A stretch of 44,574 nucleotides of DNA, from NCBI RefSeq assembly GCF_006345805.1, contig NW_021834869.1, positions 1 through 44,574 on the forward strand, read 5' to 3'. Shown here piece after piece: positions 34,396 to 44,574 of this stretch. The stretch comes from Octopus sinensis (lineage: Eukaryota). A program made the position numbers and the translations under genes. The notes below the pieces were generated by a model that was given only the letters and a program-made list of their open reading frames with translations, searched no databases and was not told the DNA's origin. Position 1 is the first letter of the stretch. The number at the start of each line of letters is the position of its first letter.

Positions 34396-35698
34396 ATAAT
34401 AATAATGATATTTTAGGGACGATTACCACAGATGATGATGGTCGTAATGGTGGTGGTAGTGGCAACGATAACATTTTACTGTTCAATGTGATATTCATCT
34501 GGATTAGACGATAAGTATTTTGTACTACATTGCTGTTTTTGTTTGTTGTTTTACTGTCTTTTATTTATTATTTTAGAAATCTGTGGGCACAACTTCTGAA
34601 CATTAGAAAATATATACATGGTACATACGTACATACACACACGGAATCTAGTTCGTTTCATTCACAAAATCTGCAATTTTTTAAAAGAAGTAAAAATATC
34701 TGAAAATCGGTTATATTGATGCAGTTTGCATGCTTGATCCTGTGAATACATGAACTTGTGGAGAAAATATTTGGTGAAAAAGTTACAGACGTTTAAAAGT
34801 CGAAAGAATCTACGTATTTTTAGCCAATAGTGAGACTGAAATTTTCTGCGTTATAGCTGTGTCTTCTTTAAGGTTGTATCCTGTGAAATTTATAGCTTAG
34901 CGTCTGTGAAATGACCTGTTACCTAATAAAGTCAACATCTATCATCTTACTGTTTCTTTTGTCTCTTTATTGATTTCTAAAGTGTTTTGTATGTTATTAT
35001 TATTTTTTTAAAAATTTGCTATATTAATAGATTTGTCTGCATGTGTTTATTTTATGAAGCCGTTGATTTCTACACACAGGAATCAATATGGTTTGCGTAT
35101 TTCAGTATTATGTATACCTGTCATGCATTTGTGTACATCATTTGTACATTTGTGCATGTGGATGTATGTATTCATATATAAGTTTAATCCATAACTGTTA
35201 AAAGAACTGTATTCTGCATTCCAGAACAATAAAAGAAGGCAAGTTATATAAAGTCGAATTAGTCAATAGTCAAGTTGAGGCAAGTCTAACAGAAAGAATG
35301 AAAGACCAATACAAAGAAAACTCCACAAAATAGATATGAAAAATATGTAAAATATTAAGACAACTGACGAAAAATATTTACAATGAAATTCTAATTGATG
35401 GATATAAATTTTTATGAAAACAAAACACGCGGATGAATTGAATCTCGTAGTGTGAAGAATCAACACAACACAACGTGCGGTTATCATGGTAACAAGCTGT
35501 TAATGACTCGTTGTCTGTTGATGGCTAAAATTACCCAAATTTCTCCACTTTATTTCCAAATAACATCAGATTCTTTAATTAACGAGATAAAGTAATTAGT
35601 TGAGCGAAATCGACATTCAGAACTGCATCGATACACCATATATAAAGTATATATATATATATATATATATATACTTTATTTAAAAGCAGCAGAAATTC

Positions 35699-35751
35699 AA
35701 CAAAACCTGTTACTCGGAGTTTCACGTTCCCGTTCGTCGGACAGTTTTGTT
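35699..35751 (-). ncRNA. Compact type I hammerhead ribozyme (CCGACGA core)
   Basis: AACAAAACUGU CCGACGA ACG GGAA CGU GAAAC UCCGA GUA ACAGGUUUUGUU: 11-bp stem I with one G bulge, 3-bp stem II with tetraloop, near-palindromic stem III ACUC-C-GAGU. Predicted cut between 35711 and 35710. Followed by ..AATAAAGTA and (TA)n. Confidence 0.75.
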
Positions 35752-36853
35752 AAAATAGAACCGATATGACAATTCTATCAAGACTAGTATAAACGTTACA
35801 CCTTTAAAAATGGACTTGTTTGATTGGTCCTTTCAAATAACGGTCATATGCGAGCGATAAACAAAAATGAGTTCAATATAAAATATAAAATTATAAAATT
35901 ATAAAAGTCGAGGAAAAACCTTAAATCGAATCTTTGGTTAAAATACATATTATCATTAATAAAGAAAATATAATTAATACACAGAAATTGAAATTAAAAT
36001 ATATTAAAATATTTCACAACAGTACATACTCATACTAAACTATTAATATACATATATACATCAACAGACACAGATAGATGTGCGCAGACCACATACATAT
36101 ACAGACATAAATGCAAAACGAAAATATACACACAAATGCATGTACACATATGTATACGCAATCTAGCTCGCATGCAAAAATCACTTGTATCCATATAGAC
36201 TATAAGCAAAATTCATGGGCGCTAAAGACGTAAGTAAGGGAGGAGGAGGGGGACATAAAGTTCCAGGGCTCTATACAAGTAACGAATAGGAAGAGAAAAA
36301 ACGAAAGAAAGGAAGAGGGAGAAAAGGAAAAAGAGAAAAGGAAAAAAGAAGAAAAGGAAAGAAAAAAAATTATGTAAGCAGTAAATACACATATACTGAC
36401 ACATATATAGAGACAAGTACGCAAACACACAAGTCCAAGTGGATACTTGCATACACATACATTCGTGTATGTATGTGCTTAAGTACAAACATACGCTCAC
36501 TTACACATATACGTAGACGTATGCTTTCAAATACATATTCATGCTAATACACATATTCACATAAAAATGCCTAGGATTTGACAACATTATTTTTTAAAAT
36601 TGCTGAGTGCATAATAATAAAAATTTAGACGAAAGACATGCAAAATATAACACCCTATATTGGATTATCTATAAATTAAATTACCAAAGTGAGCCTATTC
36701 AATATAATAAAATGAAATAAACTAAGTCAAAGGTTTTTCCTAAGGAATATGTCGAAATATAAACAAAATATATGCACAAGACTTTGCTATGCGGAATGAA
36801 ACCTGCATAGCGCGAAACAAATCCATCGGTGTGATTAAAGACTAGTCCAAGAA

Positions 36854-37294
36854 TCAAAAATACAAAATATACGCTATCCATAATGGGATATTTATGTTGG
36901 ACATTTTGAATTTGGTTGCGTGCCTGTATGAGTTCAAAAGTTCGCTTCTTTGATTCAAAGAATTATTGTCTTTGAATAAAATATAAAATTTTTCTAACAA
37001 ACAAAGATTGCATTAAAAATTTTTCTTGTGTGCCCCGTGCCTGTATGGTGCCGCTCTGTCCAGAATGCTCCGTGTCACGTTGAAAGGTGGGGCTTCCTTT
37101 TCTTTTAGTTCCCAGACATATTTTTCCAGGCTGGTCTTCTTACTATTCTCTGGGTATCGAAATGAATTTTTGTGCGAATAAAATCTCGTTTTAAAAGAAT
37201 TTTCCGAAGCCCCTGTATAAGTCTTATATTCAGACGAGCCTTCTATTTGCACCTTGGCTCTATAAACGACCCCTTTTACCAAACATTTCCCTTC
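36854..37294 (-). pseudogene. Penelope-like GIY-YIG endonuclease, 5'-truncated, one in-frame stop
   Basis: KCLVKGVVYRAKV..KTYTGASENSFKTRFYSHKNSF..LEKYVWELK..ILDRAAPYRHGAHKKNF*CNLCLLEKFYIL..LNQRSELLNSYRHATKF. The frame continues in phase past the TAA at 37013-37015. Confidence 0.88.
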
Positions 37295-37453
37295 TTTAAA
37301 ACGCGATTTTATTCGCACAAAAATTCACACACACACACACACACACACATATAATGATGGTTTATGTGTAGGCATATGGGTTCAGTTTTTGAATATATCA
37401 CAAGACTAGTTTCTGTTACATAATTTAAATATCTTTTACGCGTGTTTGAGAGA

Positions 37454-37502
<49 letters not shown>

Positions 37503-37794
37503 TACATATGTATATATTGAGGGAATGATGTAGATGGTGTTGATGATGATCATGATGGGGTAATAATGATGATTGTGGTGGTGCCGGTGATGGACTGCTG
37601 GCTCGGAGTGGTGCTGTTCTAATCGCACAGAGATGAAGATGGCGTTAAACTATGGCTACTGGGTGTAGAAACCGTGTGTGCGGGGGTTCGCGTGGTCTGG
37701 TATTTTAATGAGAAAAACTTTTGCAAAGTTTGATGTCGATAATGCAAACAGTGTTTTTGTGTGTTGGCTGTCGACACACACACACACACACACG

Positions 37795-37844
<50 letters not shown>

Positions 37845-37869
37845 ACACACACACACTTTTTTTTTTAAA

Positions 37870-38630
37870 TTTGTTTCAATCACTGAAATGCGACCATGCT
37901 GGAGCACTGCCAAGAAGGGTTTGAGACGAACATCAACCCGGCTACTCACGCTTGTCTTTTTCTTTTCAATCTGCTGCTTATTCTATTGTTTTCTTATAGT
38001 GCTATTTGCTGAACCGCTAAGTTATAGGAACGAAAACAAACCACCGCTAGACGGACAAACTCAAAGACACACACACACACACGCTTTTACTTGTTCCAGT
38101 CATTAGACTGCGGCCATATATACATACACTCTTTCACTTGTTTCAGTCATTAGACTGCTAAGTTATAGAGACGCAAACACACCAACATCGGCTGTCAAGC
38201 AATGATGAGGAGACAAATACATATATATGTGGGGAGACAAACACACATACACACACACAAATACCGACATACATATATGACCCAATCCTCAAGAAATTGA
38301 GGATGGGTTCGTAACCCTGAAATATTGAATACAAGGTAAGTCTATATAAATTCACATATTTGTATTCTTGTGGTTTACCTTGCATTTACTTCGCATTGCT
38401 TTGGCCTTACCCACGATATTTTATGCAATATATTCTACACGATGCTTCACAGTAACTATTCCATTATATATATATATATATATATATGCGACGGACTTCT
38501 TTCAGCCTCTGTCTACCAAATCCATTCACAAGGCTTTTAATCGGCCCGAGATTATAGTAGAGGACACTTACTTAAAGTGTCACGCAGTGAGACTGAACCT
38601 GGAACCATGTGGTTGGGAAGCAAGCCTACT
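37870..38630 (-). mobile_element. Stacked family A SINE pieces
   Basis: Three tail motifs (tcagtcattagactgc / cgaccatgctggagcactgcc) and a head at ~38490-38630. Confidence 0.8.
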
Positions 38631-38634
38631 CATA

Positions 38635-38910
38635 CGTGCTCTGATCAATAAGTATCCTGACTGTTGCCATAGTAAGGAAGCCAAAACACGCAAAGTAAAG
38701 CCGCTTGGCACTGATTGACCTTGACCATGCCAAATTGACCTTGACCACATCAGATTGACCTTGACCTCACTTCCGCTGTTTACAGCAGTGCTTGGAAGGA
38801 AGGTATGTAGCGTGTGATCATCGCACTGACCATGACAGAAAAAGTGAGCGGAGGATCTACACCAAATTTTGCTCAAACCTTGGCGATACCTCTTCAGAGG
38901 TTTAGGCAAA
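38635..38910 (+). mobile_element. Mariner 5' end
   Basis: TA|CGTGCTCTGATCAATAAGT TIR-like start; ATG at 38832 giving MTEKV / ERRIYTKFCSNLGDTSSE (mariner EQRxxIKFC-like N-terminus). Confidence 0.7.
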
Positions 38911-38984
38911 GTTTTCTAAAATATTTCATCGTTCTCGACATAATCAAGGAGATCTTGTGCAACTGAAACCCGAGTGTCTTTTTG

Positions 38985-39250
38985 GTCGACTTTGCCTTTC
39001 ATGCTTTCGGAGAACAATAAAATAAGTACCAGTTGAGCACTGGGGTTGATCAAATCGATTGCCGCCCCCCCCCCGCCTCCTCAAAAATTTTGGGCCTTGT
39101 GCCTAGAGTAGAAAAGAATCAATTTCTACAGGTGGGTGAATAGGAGGAACGTGAAATAAAGAACACATCTTACAGCCCAGTCCGGGAATCGAACTCATAA
39201 CCACATGATTGTGAGCTCGACTCTCTAACCACTGAGCCATGTGTCCCCAC
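38985..39250. mobile_element. SINE family B tail (+, 38985-39118) and family D-like head (-, 39155-39250)
   Basis: gactttgcctttcatgctttcgg..aagtaccagttgagcactgggg; TGGCTCAGTGGTTAGAG..GAGTTCGATTCCC. Confidence 0.75.
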
Positions 39251-39280
39251 ATATTCAATATATCAGACACACACACACAA

Positions 39281-39440
39281 TCAAAATAAGCAACAAGATA
39301 TCAAGAGGTGATGCTATACGACCGTTTCAAGCGGATCCACTTAATTGAACAATGTAATCATTACATCAGTTTAAATGCATGGATTTGCATGAAACGGTCG
39401 TACCGCATCACCTCTTGATATCCTGTTGCTTATTTTGATT
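39281..39440. mobile_element. Short fold-back element with a hammerhead 3' half
   Basis: ~50-bp arms aatcaaaataagcaacaagatatcaagaggtgatgc.. / ..gcatcacctcttgatatcctgttgcttattttgatt; the right arm starts with GAAAC GGUC GUA. Confidence 0.7.
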
Positions 39441-39579
39441 TTATTCACCTTACTTTGACTGGTACCGACAATACCGCACTGACTTGATGCTTCAACTTAA
39501 GAAACTAATTCAACTGAATCTCAATTACATATATATGTATATACATATATATATCCACATACACTCACACACGACATGA

Positions 39580-39740
39580 TTCTACATTGTTTTCGTCTAT
39601 CAAATTCACCCAGAAGGTACTGGTCGATCTGTGGCTTAGGGCTACAGTAGATGGCACTTACACAAGGTGCCGCGCAGTGGGACTGAACCAGAAGCCATAT
39701 GTTTGCAATGCGCGCTTCTTAACCACGCAGTCATGCGCCG
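39580..39740 (-). mobile_element. SINE family A head, diverged
   Basis: caaggtgccgcgcagtgggactgaacc. Confidence 0.78.
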
Positions 39741-40560
39741 ACGTCTATAATAAGCCACGACGCCGGTTATGTATATTTTCCACGAAGTGACTGAAGACAA
39801 TGCGCTTTCGCGAAATGCTTCACGTTTCTATTTAAGTGGGAAATATTAATAGAAATAACGTACTTGACTTTATTTTACGTAAACATTAACCACAACTGCC
39901 TAAGGAATGGGTTTTCGAGCAAATAATTGCAAACGAATCAAGAAGAAAGAGGCGTGGTTTTGGTTTTGTGCGGTTTCAAATTTTATAAATAAATAGTTTT
40001 ATATTTTGACATACTTCCAACAAACATTACTTGCTTTAAACAAATCTAAAAGCATGAATACAGTTGTTTAACCAGCTAAGAATAGAAACGCATGCGTCGT
40101 ACGACCCGGTGACATCACTGATAAGTTTTTGGTACGTTTTCATCCATGTTTGCCTATAAGGAGAATTTCTGCTCCCGAAACAATTTTTGCAGCGTTGTGT
40201 CTTTCCATGTCCAAATGTACACGAATATGTAAAATATGCTTTTGCATAACTGCACAGACACACACATACGCACACGCATGTGGTATTTAATAAAATACTG
40301 ATAACACATGCGGTATTTTATACTTTATAAGACATACACATGTTTCGTAAATTACTCGTCAGGATTACATAATACCTCGTTGAAACATTGACTGAGCCGA
40401 GGGCCCAGTGTAATAGATAACAAACAACCTACCCTTTAGTTTTATAGCCCACTATCCTACGTCATACTGCTCTAGATATAGTAGTGGAGTTCAGCACATA
40501 CTACTGAGCGCGATTTTGGCTACATGTCGGGCCCCACCACGCCTATATATATATCTTTTA

Positions 40561-40984
40561 CAGGTCATCATCGACTTACGACCTATCCGATCCACGACCG
40601 ATCGACTTTACGACGATTGACGCGCCAGCACCTGGCAGCAATAATAAATAGTCCAGTAGAAATCTTATGGGTTGAATTTCTTAGAAATTAACCCGCCTAC
40701 GGATGATGTCAGCTAACAAATGCTTCCCCTAGGTTTGGTTATCCACAGTGTTGGATGAATATCCCGCCGCGGAGACATCGAGGCAAACACGTATTTGTAG
40801 TCTGAGACTGCGAAATGTTTAATTAACGCCAGTATAATAGTATATTACAGAATGCTGTGTGTGGCTTTTACTTGAGAATGTACCTTAAGAATGTAAAAAT
40901 ATAAAACAAAGCTATGTAGGCCTCTAGGACGACTTATGACCAGTCAGTCGGAACCAATCGTGGTTGTAAGTCTACGACGACCTG
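40561..40984. mobile_element. pogo/Tigger-type MITE
   Basis: TA|CAGGTCATCATCGACTTACGACC ... GGTTGTAAGTCTACGACGACCTG|TA: ~23-bp imperfect TIRs with an intact TA duplication. Confidence 0.85.
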
Positions 40985-40994
40985 TACTTGATGT

Positions 40995-41667
40995 AATCAT
41001 CAGGCTGCAACCATGTTGGAGCATTGCTTTCAAGAATTTTTAGTCAAATGTATCGACACCCCCAGTACTTACTTTTAAAGTCTGGTACCTATTTCATCGA
41101 TGTTTTATGTTGAACCGCTAACTTACGGGGATATAAACATACGAGCACCGGTTGTCAAGGTGTGGTGGGACACAAAGACACACACACATAGATATACATA
41201 CATATATATATGCTTGTGCATATATATACACACATATATACACTCACACACATATATATATACACATATATACACACACATATATATATATACACACACA
41301 TTTACACTCACACATACACACACATATATATATACACACACACATATATATACACACACACATTTACACACACACATATACACACACATATATATATACA
41401 CACACACACACACATTCACACACGTGATATTTAATGAAACACAGGTATCACATGTATCTTATGCTTTATAAAATACACGTGTTTCGTGAAATTACGAAGT
41501 AATACGACGAACATCTTTCAGTTTCCGTGTGCCAAATCCACTCACAAGGCTTTGGTCAGCCCGAGGCTATAGGAGAAGACACTTGAGCATGGTGCCACGC
41601 AGTGAGACAGAACACTGAACCATGTCGTTGGGAAGTAAGCTTCTTACCACACAACCACTCCTGCGTC
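40995..41667 (-). mobile_element. SINE family A split by an expanded microsatellite region
   Basis: Tail 40995-41170, ~260 bp CA/TA repeat plus ~80 bp other sequence, core and head 41510-41667. Confidence 0.75.
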
Positions 41668-41942
41668 TATATATATATGTCTCGCTTTTATCCTTCGAAA
41701 CGTAGAGTAGATGAAACCTTAGCGACTGAAGAAGGGGTTTTTTCGTTGTGTTAACTGTCCTGTACTCCATTTTTTGTTGTTTTTAAAAAAATGTCCTGTT
41801 CCTTTGGTTTGTGTCTATGTTTTCGTTTTTCTATGTGTTCGACGTCCCTTTGGTGTCCTGTACTCATATATGCGTGTATATGTACATGTAGAGGTAGGTA
41901 CGTACATATATGTTTATATATACGCATGTTTTATTTCTTTTA

Positions 41943-41975
<33 letters not shown>

Positions 41976-41982
<7 letters not shown>

Positions 41983-42590
41983 ACTGGCAGAAACGTTATC
42001 ACTTCGTCTGTCTTTATGTTCTGCCGAGGTCCACTTCATCCTTTCATCCTTTCGGGGTCGACAAATTAAGGACCAGATGGGTACTGGGGTCGATCTAATC
42101 TACTGGCCCCCTCTCCCAAAATTTCAGGCCTTGTGCCTAGAATAGAAAAGAATATATATGTGTGTGTGTGTATGTATGTATATATATATACGACGGGCTT
42201 CTTTCAGTTTCCGTGAACCAAATCCACTCACAGAGCTTTGGTCGACTCAAAGCTATAGAAGACATTTGCCAACATATCACGAAATGGGATTGAACCCGCA
42301 ACCATATGGCTGGGAAGAACACGTCTTACTACACAATCTTAAGTGACGTGACGAAATATTTCATGGACAAACCTAGCTGTTTCGTTTGGCTTCCTATTTA
42401 AGTTAATTTTAATGTCTTTTTATCTCTGACTTGTTTCGATTATTCGAGTGCGGCCATGCTGGGGCACTGCATTGAGGGTTTTTTTTAGTTGAATCCCATT
42501 ACGTATTTGTTTATGCCAGGTACTTATCTTATCGTTACGTTACGGGGATACAAAGCAGCACCGGTTGTCAAGTGGTGATGGTGGTGGAGA
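41976..42590. mobile_element. SINE family B (+, 41976-42152) and family A pieces (-, 42190-42340 and 42420-42590)
   Basis: Family motifs as above. Confidence 0.82.
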
Positions 42591-42613
42591 CACACACACA
42601 CACACACACACCC

Positions 42614-43590
42614 GTAATCTATACCATTTAAAGCAATTATTTCAGAAAATCTCATTCAAAAAGTATCCGTTTTCAGGAAGTTATGAGGAAACAAATTCGA
42701 AGTGAGTGAATTATCAGAAACTCTTTTCCCACTGCCTCTGAAATAGCTTTCGCAACAAATTCTGATCCAGTCGCAATCTACACCATTTAAAGCAATTTTG
42801 TAGAAAATTTAATTGGAAAATTACCCGTTTTCAGGACGTTATGAGGAAACAAAGTCGAGGCGTACGAATTATCCCAAAATTCATATTTCCACCGCCTCTG
42901 AAAGTGTTTTTCACAACAAATTTCAATATAATTATAATCTAAACCATGTAAAAATTATCTATAGAAAATTTCATTTAAAAAAATACCCCTTTTCAGGATG
43001 TTATGAGGAAACAAAGTCGATGCATATGAATCATCAGAAAATCTCTTCTGATAATTCATATTTATTTACCGCCATATAATTCACCCTCTGAAAAAGCTTT
43101 TCACATCAAATTCCGATATAATCGTTATCTGCATCATTGAAAAGTATTCAGTCTTTTACTTGTTTCAGTCATTTGACTGTGGCCATGCTGGAGCATCGCC
43201 TTTAGTCGAGCAAATCGACTCAGGGACTTATTCTTTGTAAGCCTAGTACTTATTCTATCGGTCTCTCCTTTGCCGAACCCCTAAGTTACGAGGACGTAAA
43301 CACACCAGCATTGGTTGTCAAGCGATGCTGGGGAACAAACACAGACACACAAACATATACACACACGTACATACACACACGTACATATATATACATATAT
43401 ACGACGGGCTTCTTTGAGTTTCCGTCTACCAAATCCACTTACAAGGCTTTGGTCGGCTCGAGACTATAGTAGAAGATACTTGCCCAACGGAACCATGTGG
43501 TTGGTAAGCAAGCTACTTACTACTCATCAAAATAAATCTAATAAAAATTCAATAAAAAAAGAAAGTTATGATGAAACAAAGTCCAAGTGT
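42614..43590 (+). repeat. ~160-bp diverged minisatellite, 3 units plus a 4th split by a SINE
   Basis: Units start at ~42614, 42773, 42933 and 43124, sharing aatcta.accat.taaa and cc.ttttcagga.gttatgaggaaacaaa.tcga. The 4th unit resumes at ~43526 (gttatgatgaaacaaagtcc). Confidence 0.85.
43150..43525 (-). mobile_element. SINE family A, near full length
   Basis: Family A tail, core and shortened head. Confidence 0.9.
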
Positions 43591-44394
43591 GTGTGTATGT
43601 GTGTGTGTGTGTGTGTGCGCGCGCGAAGGAAGAGGACACTTCTGTAGATATGCCGTATCCTGCGTGCACGCAGCCGAATTTTAAAATTCCAGCCAGCACC
43701 AAAGCCAGATTGCGTCTTCTCTTGTGACACCCGAGCCATCCATTACTGTTCCAGAACTATTTCCTGCATGAATCAAGTCGATAGGCTTAATATATGGAAA
43801 CGTATACTGAGCAGCATCCTGCTCAGTTTTCTGGGAGTTTTTTTCTCCTCCCTTTAAGAGTGCAATTACAAATTTAAACACATTATTAACCTAATATATA
43901 CGTTAATGCCTTTTTCGCGACTGATATTGTTTTCAATTTTTTTGTTATTTATATTTCTTTGCGCTGCTGCTGCTGCTACTTCGTCTCGCTGTGTCTCCCC
44001 ATTCCACTCGAATGTATTGGTTCCTTTCCTACTACAGCCAGACACGCCCCCAAGCACATGCAAACACACACACAAATGTATCTATTCACACAGCGTACAC
44101 ACACATATACACATAAATGCATATATTCCCACGACATACACACACACACACATATTTATATAAATATATATGAGCTATAAGCACAAACACATACAGATCA
44201 CAGTCCAAGTATTATAAATTGAAACGCATGTACACACACTCACACACATGTACACACACAACCTTCTTTTGCTCCCTTTCTTCCCTTCGTATACAAAGTT
44301 ATACACAAATAAACATAAATGTGCACACATGCCTATACATATATCCATATATTACACACACACACACACTCACGCACACACACTCACACACACA

Positions 44395-44431
<37 letters not shown>

Positions 44432-44574
44432 AGTGGCGATATTTCCCACGGATCAGCTTCATATTTCAATTCCTTACATTCTTGGGAAGTTAACAATTGT
44501 TATATTTAGATTCTGTGAAATGGCACCATCACCATCATCACCACCACCAACAACAACATCACAAACACCACAAA

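Noticed and set aside
36770-36840. Hammerhead downstream of the GIY-YIG remnant (GCUAUGC/GCAUAGC stem)
   Set aside because: The stem is real, but neither strand has a full core (plus lacks CUGANGA; minus has CCGAUGGA and AAAGUC). Left as a decayed pLTR.
40036-40275. Minus ORF CSYAKAYF.. as an exon
   Set aside because: Begins in a microsatellite; no motif recognised.
43650-43860. Plus-strand 70-codon open frame after tctgtAG, and minus ORF 43681-43881
   Set aside because: No recognisable homology or convincing donor site; cannot be supported without RNA data.
1095-44509. Numerous ORFs in the track rich in YI/HT/CV/YLSI dipeptides (e.g. 11791-12279, 17069-17590)
   Set aside because: Translations of microsatellites and SINEs; no coding signal.

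Overview
AT-rich, extremely repeat-dense eukaryotic DNA with no recognisable intact host gene. The SINE complement and microsatellite load match what I know of octopus (coleoid cephalopod) genomes; this is an inference, not a database result. Almost all ORFs in the supplied track are microsatellite or SINE artefacts. The window holds four families of tRNA-derived SINEs (about 20 copies or pieces of the commonest), Tc1/mariner remnants (mariner, maT-like, and a Tc1-like element with D35E spacing), pogo/Tigger-type MITEs, a fully palindromic mariner-derived MITE, a Helitron derivative with a PIF1-type helicase C-terminus, a probable R4/Dong-like LINE remnant, and several Penelope-like element (PLE) remnants (RT, two GIY-YIG endonucleases, pseudo-LTRs). 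The most interesting signal, invisible to the ORF track, is a set of five type I hammerhead ribozyme motifs from four unrelated sequence families (6565+, 8404-/8799+, 18380-, 35699-). They have near-palindromic stem III, two have a CCGACGA core variant and two families have 45-65 nt structured insertions in stem II. Fold-back elements nearby carry half-hammerheads. PLE-associated hammerheads are an established phenomenon; the density and diversity of architectures here deserve testing. There are also two pre-miRNA-sized hairpins and a ~160 bp minisatellite. All alignments, folds and translations were done by eye; repeat boundaries are approximate.
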